Assembly: GCA_016934855.1 (NCBI GenBank)
Contig: JAFGSA010000003.1
Coordinates: forward strand, 1,654 to 65,653
Source of the DNA: Elusimicrobiota bacterium
Lineage (GTDB): Bacteria; CG03; SLGR01; JAFGSA01
Reading direction: 5' to 3'
Length of the DNA: 64,000 nt
Shown here: positions 45,781 through 54,172 of the stretch, in pieces
How the letters are laid out: each line of letters opens with the position of its first letter
Position numbering within the stretch: position 1 is the first letter of the stretch
The notes under the pieces: generated by a model
What the model was told of the DNA's origin: nothing
What the model saw: only the letters and a program-made list of their open reading frames with translations
Database searches by the model: none
Made by a program: the position numbers and the translations under genes

Positions 45781-47080
45781 TGACGCTCTCCATTATCTTG
45801 AAAAAATCGGGAAACGAAGTATCCACGCATCCCACGCCGCTGATAGAGGTCTCTTCCCTGGCATTCAATGCCGCGACGGCAAGCATCATGGCGATCCTGT
45901 GATCGCCGAAACTCTCCACTTTTGCCCCGCGGAGCTGTCCCTGCTTTCCTGTGATCACGAGCGAGTTCTGCTGTTCCTCAACAGACTGGCCCATATTCTG
46001 AAGCTGGGTGGATACCGCATGAAGCCTGTTTGACTCTTTTTTCCTCAGCTCTTCTACCCCGTCTATTATCGTTTTGCCTTTGGCCCGCGAGGCGAGCAGC
46101 GCGATAAGAGGAACTTCATCTATCAGACGGGGGACGTCTTTTCGTCCGATATTAACGGATTCCAGCTGGCTGCTCGAGACGGTTATATCCCCTATAGGCT
46201 CGTTGTAGAGTTCCCTTTTGTTCGTTATCTTTATCTCTCCGCCCATCCTCCTTACGACATCCAGGTACCCCGTACGCGTAGGGTTGAGGTTAACGTTTTT
46301 TATGCGCAGCGTGCTGCCGGGTATTATCAGGGCGGCGGTCATGAAAAATGCGGCGGATGAAAAATCTCCGGGAACGGTTATGCATTTACCCTGCCAGTCG
46401 CCGCCTCCCGTCACGGAAACCTGGCAACCCTTGATCTTCACGGGTATGCCGAAATACTCCATCATCCTCTCCGTATGGTCCCTCGATTTATACGGTTCAG
46501 ATACCACCGTCTTTCCGCCGGCGAAAAGGCCTGCCAGCAGGATGCAGGATTTGACCTGGGCGCTGGCAACGGGCGATTTGTACGTTATAGGATCTATTGT
46601 CCCGGGCCTGATGAACAGCGGCGCGTGATCTCCTTCCGTCGCCGTGATGTCGGCCCCCATCCTGGCAAGAGGCCTGATTATCCTTCCCATCGGGCGCCCC
46701 GAGAGCGAAGCGTCGCCGGTGAGAACCGAGGGAAATTCCTGGGCGGCCAGCACACCCGCCATGAGCCTCATTCCCGTTCCGGAGTTCCCGAAATAAAGCT
46801 TCCCCCTGGGTTTCTTAAGCCCCTTTCTCCCTGCTCCCGATATTATCAGTGCGCCGGCCCTGTCCTTTTTTATCTTTACTCCGAGCTTTTTAAACACGTT
46901 AAGCGTGTCCACGCAGTCCTGGGCGAACAGAAAATTGTCAATTCTCGAGCTGCCTTCCGCAAGGCAGGAGAATATCAGCGATCTATGAGATATGGATTTG
47001 TCGCCGCTTACGGTTATCTCCCCGGATACGCGCGATACCGGGCATAAGATTACCGAGTCCTTTTCAGTTATTCTTTCCAT
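45770..47080 (-). CDS. aroA: 3-phosphoshikimate 1-carboxyvinyltransferase (EPSP synthase)
   Basis: Length and motifs are typical of AroA (LFFGNSGTGMRLMAGVLA, KESNRL). Confidence 0.9.
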   Translation of the reverse strand: MERITEKDSVILCPVSRVSGEITVSGDKSISHRSLIFSCLAEGSSRIDNFLFAQDCVDTLNVFKKLGVKIKKDRAGALIISGAGRKGLKKPRGKLYFGNSGTGMRLMAGVLAAQEFPSVLTGDASLSGRPMGRIIRPLARMGADITATEGDHAPLFIRPGTIDPITYKSPVASAQVKSCILLAGLFAGGKTVVSEPYKSRDHTERMMEYFGIPVKIKGCQVSVTGGGDWQGKCITVPGDFSSAAFFMTAALIIPGSTLRIKNVNLNPTRTGYLDVVRRMGGEIKITNKRELYNEPIGDITVSSSQLESVNIGRKDVPRLIDEVPLIALLASRAKGKTIIDGVEELRKKESNRLHAVSTQLQNMGQSVEEQQNSLVITGKQGQLRGAKVESFGDHRIAMMLAVAALNAREETSISGVGCVDTSFPDFFKIMESVIEK

Positions 47081-47937
47081 GTATTCTTCCTGAAAGCCGC
47101 AACGCTTTCCATCATCAACTTTATCTCGCCGTAATCTTTCTTCTTCAGGAGCTTCCTGAATCGCGCCAGCTCGCCGGCGAATGTATCTATCGAAATGATC
47201 ACCTGGTCCCGGTTCTCTTCGAATATCTTCGCCCAGAGATCCGGGGAAGAGCCGGCCAGCCTGTTTAAGTGCCTGAAGCTCGGGCCCGCTATGTCGTTTA
47301 CGGAATCCAGGTCCGCCTTGATCTTTTCAATACTTCTCAGTATTACAAACGCCAGGACATGAGGCAGGTGGCTTAGAAAACCTGCGGTTAGATCGTGTTT
47401 TACAGGATCCATCCTGATAACCCTGGCTCCCAGTGTTTCCCAGAAATCCGCCGCCCGCTTTATCCCGGCGTCCGTATTGAATGCAGCAGGCGTCAGTATG
47501 CACGGCGCATCCTTGAACAGCGACATACGCGCATTTGCCACGCCGCTCTTCTCCGATCCGGCCATCGGGTGGCAACCGACAAACTCGGCCCCCGTTTCGC
47601 ACAGTCTCTCCCGGGAAGCGGCTTCTATTATGGGATTCTTCACGCTGCCCACATCCATTACGAGCATCCCTTCCTTAAGATACCCCTTCATTTCTTTCAT
47701 CTGCATCCGTATTATATCCGGAGGTGTTGCCAGAATTATAACCTGCGCGCCTTCGACGGCACCGCGCAGATCCTGCGTCACTTCGTCGCAGGCGTTGCGG
47801 TCAAGAGCGTCTCTCAGACGCTGCGGGTTCCTTCCCCATGCGCACACATTCTGGGCCAGTTTTCTCTCCTTGAGATCCAGCCCTACAGATCCGCCGATGA
47901 GCCCCGCGCCTATTACGGCGACCTTGCCGTACATCAT
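47068..47937 (-). CDS. tyrA: prephenate dehydrogenase
   Basis: A Rossmann motif VAVIGAGLIGGS is followed by a TyrA-like C-terminal domain. It sits within the aro operon. Confidence 0.8.
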   Translation of the reverse strand: MMYGKVAVIGAGLIGGSVGLDLKERKLAQNVCAWGRNPQRLRDALDRNACDEVTQDLRGAVEGAQVIILATPPDIIRMQMKEMKGYLKEGMLVMDVGSVKNPIIEAASRERLCETGAEFVGCHPMAGSEKSGVANARMSLFKDAPCILTPAAFNTDAGIKRAADFWETLGARVIRMDPVKHDLTAGFLSHLPHVLAFVILRSIEKIKADLDSVNDIAGPSFRHLNRLAGSSPDLWAKIFEENRDQVIISIDTFAGELARFRKLLKKKDYGEIKLMMESVAAFRKNTWKE

Positions 47938-48944
47938 ATCTTCCTTCCGAGCACGCCGGCTATCTTGGACGCTTTCTCTACCAGCCTGCTGAACTGGTCG
48001 GGGTAGAGTGTCTGTGCCCCGTCAGAACTCGCTTTCTGGGGGTCCATATGCACTTCTATGAGCAGGCCGTCCGCTCCCGCCGCGACAGCCGCGAGGGCCA
48101 GGGGCTCCACGAGGTCCCTTTTCCCTGCGGGATGAGAGGGGTCTACTACGACGGGCAGATGCGTGAGGCTCTTAAGTACCGGCACCGCGGATATATCAAG
48201 CGTGAATCTCGTATAATCCGAAAAAGTTCGGATACCGCGCTCGCAGAGTATTATATCGTTATTGCCTTCCGCCGCTATATACTCGGCGCTCATGAGGAAT
48301 TCTTTTATGGTATTCGAGAACCCTCTTTTTAAAAGCACGGGCTTGCGGGCTTTCCCGCAGGATTTCAGCAGTTCGAAATTCTGCATGTTCCTGGCCCCGA
48401 TCTGTATTATGTCGGCGTATTTCTCTACGAGCTGCGCCTGTTCGGAGTTCATCGCTTCCGTTATTATCTTGAGCCCGGTCTCTTCGGAAATCTCCCTAAG
48501 TATCTTAAGTCCTTCTTCTCCCAGCCCCTGGAAGGAATAAGGAGATGTCCGGGGTTTGAACGCGCCGCCCCTCAGAACGACAGCACCCGCTTCCTTCACT
48601 GCAGCGGCTATGTTCATGGTAGAACCCAGGTTTTCCACGGAACAGGGACCCGCCATGAGGACTATCCTGTCAGTGCCTATCCTGACCCCGCCCGCATCGA
48701 TTACGGTCTTCTCTTTCCATTTTTTTGATACGAGTTTATACGGTTCCGATATCGGCGTTATAAAATCCACCGAATCGAAAGCTTCGAAGACTTCCCTGGT
48801 CAATATAGCGTTTTCCCCCTTAACCAGGATAAGCGTCTTCTCTTTCCCCTGAGATACTTCTGGAGAGAAACCCAGCTCTTTTACTTTATCTTCTATCTCT
48901 TTTATCTGTTTTTTTGCTATATTCGCTTTTAAAGTAAGGATCAT
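47934..48944 (-). CDS. 3-deoxy-7-phosphoheptulonate (DAHP) synthase, type I-beta with N-terminal regulatory domain
   Basis: Core motifs MAGPCSVEN and LRGGAFKPRTSPYSFQGLGEEGL are present. The N-terminal roughly 70-aa extension resembles Thermotoga-type DAHPS. It lies in an aro-gene context. Confidence 0.75.
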   Translation of the reverse strand: MILTLKANIAKKQIKEIEDKVKELGFSPEVSQGKEKTLILVKGENAILTREVFEAFDSVDFITPISEPYKLVSKKWKEKTVIDAGGVRIGTDRIVLMAGPCSVENLGSTMNIAAAVKEAGAVVLRGGAFKPRTSPYSFQGLGEEGLKILREISEETGLKIITEAMNSEQAQLVEKYADIIQIGARNMQNFELLKSCGKARKPVLLKRGFSNTIKEFLMSAEYIAAEGNNDIILCERGIRTFSDYTRFTLDISAVPVLKSLTHLPVVVDPSHPAGKRDLVEPLALAAVAAGADGLLIEVHMDPQKASSDGAQTLYPDQFSRLVEKASKIAGVLGRKI

Positions 48945-50089
48945 ATCTTCTCCTTTCTGTTATAAAAGCTGTTTATATGTCCTACCAGCTTCTCGTTATG
49001 TTCCCTTTTGCCCACAGTAATCCTTATATAATCGTCCAGGCTGTATCCCGCAAGCGACCTTAGTATGATACCCCTTGAAAGAAGATACTCGCAAAGCCCG
49101 CCGACTTTATCCCGGCCGAACTTTACGAGTATGAAATTCGCCTGGCTCCTCACATACTCGAGTCCCAGCTTATCCATCTGCGCGTACAGATACTGTTTTT
49201 CCTTTTCTGTCTCTTTTTTTACCATGTTTACGAAATCCGAGTCCCTGAGAACGGCAAGGGCCGCAGCCTGCGCAAGACGGTTCGTGTTGAAAGGAGGTCT
49301 TATCCTGTTAATCAGAGATATGACCCCGGGAAGGCTGACCGCATATCCTATCCGGAGTCCCGCCAGCCCGTATATCTTGGAAAAAGTCCTGAGCACCATC
49401 ACCGGAACTTCCTGGTTCATAAAAACCACAGAGGATGAATAATCCGGCGCAGATGCATAATCGAAATACGCTTCGTCTATGACAACCAGCGGATAATGGC
49501 CCTGGGATTCGAGTTTTTTCAGAAAACGCTCGATCTCAGGAGCAGGACTATAACTTCCCACGGGGTTGCAGGGATTATCAATATAGATTATCTTCGTTTT
49601 ACCGTCCGCGCCGGAGGCAATGCCTTCCAGGTCTATCTTCAGCTCCCTCATCGGCACCTCGATTATACCCGCCCCCATAAGCTGTCCCGCCATTTTATAC
49701 CTTATAAAGGAGTTCTCCGACACGACGATATTATCATCCTGCGACAGGAAAGTCTTCGCAACCAGCTCTATTATCTCGTCTGTCCCGTTTCCTGCCATTA
49801 CGCATTCTTCCGATACGCCGGCGCCTTTCGCGAGTTCACTTATAAGCGCCGCCGGTTCCGACTCGGGATATACGTGAAGATTCCCGAGCTCTTTTTTCAG
49901 CGCTTCAGCCGCGCTGGCCGACGTGCCCCAGAGATTCTCGTTGGAAGCCAGTTTGGTTACATCATTCAGGGAGTATTTTTTCCTTACGCTCTCGATGCTC
50001 ATGCCCGGGACATATGGGCTGAAACCGTTTACCTGACTTCGGGGTTTTATGTTTTTTCTTTTTCTATCCAATTTACTCGGTTCTGTCAA
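48941..50089 (-). CDS. hisC: histidinol-phosphate/aromatic aminotransferase (class II PLP)
   Basis: Motifs KLASNENLWG, YIDNPCNPVG and the PLP-Lys in SFSKIYGLAGLRIGY are present. Confidence 0.8.
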   Translation of the reverse strand: MTEPSKLDRKRKNIKPRSQVNGFSPYVPGMSIESVRKKYSLNDVTKLASNENLWGTSASAAEALKKELGNLHVYPESEPAALISELAKGAGVSEECVMAGNGTDEIIELVAKTFLSQDDNIVVSENSFIRYKMAGQLMGAGIIEVPMRELKIDLEGIASGADGKTKIIYIDNPCNPVGSYSPAPEIERFLKKLESQGHYPLVVIDEAYFDYASAPDYSSSVVFMNQEVPVMVLRTFSKIYGLAGLRIGYAVSLPGVISLINRIRPPFNTNRLAQAAALAVLRDSDFVNMVKKETEKEKQYLYAQMDKLGLEYVRSQANFILVKFGRDKVGGLCEYLLSRGIILRSLAGYSLDDYIRITVGKREHNEKLVGHINSFYNRKEKI

Positions 50090-51161
50090 ATAACTTTTTT
50101 GCGGCAGGGTAGGATCCCAGCACCTTCACGAACAGGCAGTTTTTGCCGAGATCGCTGAGCGCGGCTTTGACTTTGTCATCTTTTACGTGTCCCAGGAAAT
50201 CTACGAAGAACACATATTCCCAGGCCTTTATCTTCGAAGGTCTTGATTCGATCTTCGTCAGATTTACGGAATGTCTCTTGAACGGCACGAGCATGTCATG
50301 AAGAGCTCCCACCCTGTCTTTGACCGAGAACATAACGGTGGTCTTATCTGTGCCTGAAGGCTTGGATACGTCGTTCCCTATCACGAGGAACCTCGTGATG
50401 TTCTCCGCTATGTCCTCTATCCTCTTCTCCAGCACGTTCAGTCCGTACAGTTTCGAAGCCATGATCGACGCTATCGCCGCCGTGTTCTTTTCTTTCGCCG
50501 ACGTTTCGCAGGCCTGCGTTGTAGACGGCACCTCTATGCAGTCCGCGCGCGGGAGATGTTCCTCTATCCACATCCTGCACTGCGCCAGCGCCTGCGGATG
50601 GGAATAAATCTTCCTGATCCCCGCCATGCTCTTTCCCTTGGAAAGCAGGTTATGTGATATCTCCATCTGCAGTTCCGCGCATATCCTGCACTCCGAATCG
50701 AAAAACATGTCCAGAGTGTGAGTGACTATGCCTTCATTGGAATTTTCTATCGGAACTACTCCGTAATCAACTCTTTTCTTCTCCACGTCCCTGAAGACCT
50801 GGGTTATATTGGACGCAGGCACATACGTGCAGTCATTGGAAAACTGCCTTGCCGCCGCCAGGTGCGTATACGTGCCCTCGGGACCGAGAAAACTTATGGT
50901 CAGTTTTTTCTGGATAGACCTGGAGGCCGCGAATATCTCGCTGAAAATATTTATTTTAGCACTCGCGGGAAAGACCTCTTTCTTCCCCCTGGAGAGCCCC
51001 GCTATCCTGTCAAGGATCATTTTTTCCCTCTCGGGCGCGTAAACCGGCTGCGCACCCTTCTTCTTTTCCTTCCCTATCTGCTTGACCAGCCTGGCCCTGT
51101 CATCGAGCAGACTGTTTATCTGGACATCTATCCTGTCAATCGCTTTCCGTTTTTCCTTCAT
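50073..51161 (-). CDS. pheA: bifunctional chorismate mutase / prephenate dehydratase (P-protein) with ACT domain
   Basis: The CM helix is IDRIDVQINSLLDDRARLV. The PDT motifs are ISFLGPEGTYTH and IESRPS. A C-terminal ACT domain is present. Confidence 0.85.
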   Translation of the reverse strand: MKEKRKAIDRIDVQINSLLDDRARLVKQIGKEKKKGAQPVYAPEREKMILDRIAGLSRGKKEVFPASAKINIFSEIFAASRSIQKKLTISFLGPEGTYTHLAAARQFSNDCTYVPASNITQVFRDVEKKRVDYGVVPIENSNEGIVTHTLDMFFDSECRICAELQMEISHNLLSKGKSMAGIRKIYSHPQALAQCRMWIEEHLPRADCIEVPSTTQACETSAKEKNTAAIASIMASKLYGLNVLEKRIEDIAENITRFLVIGNDVSKPSGTDKTTVMFSVKDRVGALHDMLVPFKRHSVNLTKIESRPSKIKAWEYVFFVDFLGHVKDDKVKAALSDLGKNCLFVKVLGSYPAAKKLFDRTE

Positions 51162-51705
51162 CTTTAAGTTCCTCGATATTTTCTTCTATTCCCAGTTCCT
51201 CCAGCGGAGGCAGGTCGGATATGGAATCCAGCCCGAAATATTCCAGAAACCTGTCGGTGGTTTTGTACAGTATGGGCCTTCCTACGGCCTGTTTCCTTCC
51301 CGCTATCTTTATGAGCTTTTTCTCGAATAACCCCCTGAGCACCCCTGAACCAGATACGCCCCTGATCGCCTCTATCTCCTGAGCCGTTACAGGCTGCCTG
51401 TACGCAACTATTGCCAGCGTTTCCAGGGACGCGGCCGACAGCTTATAGGTTGTCTCTCTCGAAAAAAGCAGCTTTACCCATTTGCCGTATTCTTTTTTAG
51501 TCGCGAATCTCCATCCGCCTGCTACCTTCTGTATGAATATGGGCTTATTCTGGCCCGAATATTCCTTCGAGAGTTCCTCGATGCAGTCGGCGACTTCCTT
51601 TTCCTTGACGTTTCCCAGCACCTCTGACAGCTTCCTGGAGGTCACCGGTTTCGATGATACGAATAATAAGCACTCTACTATGTTTTTTATCTCCGTTTTA
51701 TTCAC
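51136..51705 (-). CDS. scpB: segregation and condensation protein B
   Basis: The sequence IVECLLFVSSKPVTSRKL is the ScpB winged-helix N-terminus. Confidence 0.85.
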   Translation of the reverse strand: MNKTEIKNIVECLLFVSSKPVTSRKLSEVLGNVKEKEVADCIEELSKEYSGQNKPIFIQKVAGGWRFATKKEYGKWVKLLFSRETTYKLSAASLETLAIVAYRQPVTAQEIEAIRGVSGSGVLRGLFEKKLIKIAGRKQAVGRPILYKTTDRFLEYFGLDSISDLPPLEELGIEENIEELKDEGKTESD

Positions 51706-52435
51706 TGTATGCCTCTAAATAAATTTCTCCGAATCTCTCTTCCTGCTTGACTTTTATCTGCTTGGACCTCACAAGCTCCAGTATGGCAAGTATAGTCACT
51801 ATTATCTCCAGAATGGACGAATTCTCCTGAACGAGCTCTCCCAATACGATATTCTTCCTGTCTTCGATATAATCCATGATAAACCTTATCTTATCATCGA
51901 CAGTCAGTTCTTCCGTTATTATATCCTTGACGTCTTTCCTCGCCTTCTCTATCAGGCTCTGGAAAGAGTCGATGAGATCGAACAAGGTGACATCCACCGT
52001 TTCCCCGAATTCCTTGAGCGGGTACTGCTGTATGGGCAGTATGCCGTCGCAAATTTTTTCCCGTTCGGAAAGAATCCCCGCCGATTCCTTGTATTTCCTG
52101 TACTCGAGCAGTCTCTCCACCAGATTCTGCTTTAGTTCTTCGGCATCCTGCTGGTCTTCTTCCGACAGCTCGTCGCTGGGCAGCAGCATCTTGGATTTTA
52201 TGTTCATCAGTATGGATGCCATGACCAGGAAATCGCCTACATTGTCAAGATGAAACTGCCTGATTATATCGAGGTATTTCAGGTATTCAGAGGTTATCTC
52301 GGCAATAGGGATATCGTAAATATCCATGTTGTTCTTCCTGATCAGGTGGAGGAGCAGATCGAGCGGACCTTCGAAAGTATCTATCTGCACCCGCCATGCG
52401 TCCTTGTTCCTGTTAAAGAAGACAGAATCAGCCAA
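51698..52435 (-). CDS. scpA: segregation and condensation protein A
   Basis: The sequence FEGPLDLLLHLIRKNNMDIYDIPIAEIT is the ScpA N-terminal signature. Confidence 0.85.
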   Translation of the reverse strand: MADSVFFNRNKDAWRVQIDTFEGPLDLLLHLIRKNNMDIYDIPIAEITSEYLKYLDIIRQFHLDNVGDFLVMASILMNIKSKMLLPSDELSEEDQQDAEELKQNLVERLLEYRKYKESAGILSEREKICDGILPIQQYPLKEFGETVDVTLFDLIDSFQSLIEKARKDVKDIITEELTVDDKIRFIMDYIEDRKNIVLGELVQENSSILEIIVTILAILELVRSKQIKVKQEERFGEIYLEAYSE

Positions 52436-53414
52436 AGCTCATCGCCTCCCTGAATTTTTTCAGATTCGCTGCCGCTGCTTCACGGGCCTTGCGGTTCCCT
52501 TCTCCGAGAATCCGGTCTACTTCCCCGGGGTTATCCCTGTAGTGTCTGTATTTTTCCCTGACAGGCGCTATCAGCGCCTCGAGATCTTCGAGAAGCCCTT
52601 TTTTGCACTCCACGCATCCCATACTGCCGCCCCTGCATCTTTTTTCGACAGATGCGGGGTCCGCCGAGAATATCTTCCTGTACTCGTATACTGTGCAGAC
52701 TTCGGGATGGCCCTTATCGTCCGGGTGTATCCTTTCAGGATCGGTTATCATCATGCTGACCTTTTTTTTCAGATCGGCGGACTCTTCGGTTATTAGAATC
52801 GTGTTATTATAACTCTTTGACATCTTCCTTCCGTCTGTGCCGTTGAGTTTCTGTACTTCGGTCAGTATCTCGTCAGGTTCCACCATGACATCGCTGGAAT
52901 ACAGGTGGTTGAAACGCCTGACTATCTCCCTTGTAAGCTCCAGGTGAGGCAGCTGGTCCTTTCCTACCGGCACCTTGTCGGCCCTGTAGAGAGCTATATC
53001 CGCCGCCTGCAGCGACGGGTACCCGAGAAAGGCATAGTTCCTGAGGTCCTTGTCCTGGACATTCTGGAGAGCCTCTTTGTAAGTCGGGCATCTCTCAAGC
53101 CACCCGAGCGGGGTTATTGTCGCAAAAATGAAGAAAAGTTCCAGATGCTCTGATACGTCCGACTGCCTGAACATGACGCATTTGTCCGGATCCAGCCCTA
53201 CGGCGAGCCATACGCAGACCATGTCCCTGCACAGCTCGGTTACGCTGCCCGGATTGTCGAAATCGCTCATGAGAGCATGCCAGTCTGCGATCTCGTAATA
53301 ACACATGTATTCATCCTGCAGCCTGACCCAGTTCTTAAGGGCGCCCAGGTAGTTCCCCAGATGCAGCCGGCCCGTCGGTCTCATGCCGCTGAGTATTACG
53401 CTTTTCTTTTTCAT
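52428..53414 (-). CDS. trpS: tryptophan--tRNA ligase
   Basis: The HIGH-type motif is GRLHLGNYLG and the KMSKS motif is present. ATG at 53414 overlaps the upstream stop (ATGA). Confidence 0.9.
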   Translation of the reverse strand: MKKKSVILSGMRPTGRLHLGNYLGALKNWVRLQDEYMCYYEIADWHALMSDFDNPGSVTELCRDMVCVWLAVGLDPDKCVMFRQSDVSEHLELFFIFATITPLGWLERCPTYKEALQNVQDKDLRNYAFLGYPSLQAADIALYRADKVPVGKDQLPHLELTREIVRRFNHLYSSDVMVEPDEILTEVQKLNGTDGRKMSKSYNNTILITEESADLKKKVSMMITDPERIHPDDKGHPEVCTVYEYRKIFSADPASVEKRCRGGSMGCVECKKGLLEDLEALIAPVREKYRHYRDNPGEVDRILGEGNRKAREAAAANLKKFREAMSFG

Positions 53415-54091
53415 ATGGGAAGACCCGTAAAAAGCATCCTGTAGAATATGTTGCCGAACCTTATTATCAAACCCCATATCACGCTCAGCATCAGGATCAG
53501 TATAAAAAATCCATAGGGCGCCAGCCTGTCGTACCTGCGGGACAGATCTTCCGGCAGAAGCGCGCTGACTATCCTTGAACCGTCCATGGGCGGTATAGGG
53601 ACGAGGTTAAAAAGGCCCAGGACGATATTCACCGCAACACCCGCAGCACAGACGGAGGTAAAAAGAAACCCTCCGCTGCCGCCCGGAACTCCCGCGAGGT
53701 TCAGAAGCCATACCAGAAGGGCGAAGATCACAGCCAGGGTGAAGTTGGTCAAGGGCCCGGAAACGCCTACTTTCATGGTATCCATCCTGATATCCCTGAA
53801 ATTATTGGGATTGACCGGCACCGGTTTCGCCCATCCTATCACTACACCTCCCAGCAGATACATCATCACGGGGACTATTATCGTGCCGAATATATCGATA
53901 TGTACCAGCGGGTTGAGGGTGATACGACCTGCCGCGCGGGCAGTGTCGTCGCCGCACCTTTCAGCTATTACGCCGTGGGCCACTTCATGTACTACCACGG
54001 AGAAAAAAAAGATCACCGCAACCACCGGCCACATGTTCCCTATGAACGTGAACGGGGCGTAAATGTGCTTATATAACATATAACTGTTCAT
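53411..54091 (-). CDS. site-2 protease family (M50) membrane zinc metalloprotease
   Basis: HEVAHG (HExxH) lies in the first transmembrane helix. There are several further transmembrane helices. Confidence 0.7.
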   Translation of the reverse strand: MNSYMLYKHIYAPFTFIGNMWPVVAVIFFFSVVVHEVAHGVIAERCGDDTARAAGRITLNPLVHIDIFGTIIVPVMMYLLGGVVIGWAKPVPVNPNNFRDIRMDTMKVGVSGPLTNFTLAVIFALLVWLLNLAGVPGGSGGFLFTSVCAAGVAVNIVLGLFNLVPIPPMDGSRIVSALLPEDLSRRYDRLAPYGFFILILMLSVIWGLIIRFGNIFYRMLFTGLPI

Positions 54092-54172
54092 CGCAGGTAT
54101 TCTTCCTGTAACGGTACGCCAATTAATACAATTTACTGATTTTTAAATAATTGTCAATGAGTATTAATAATA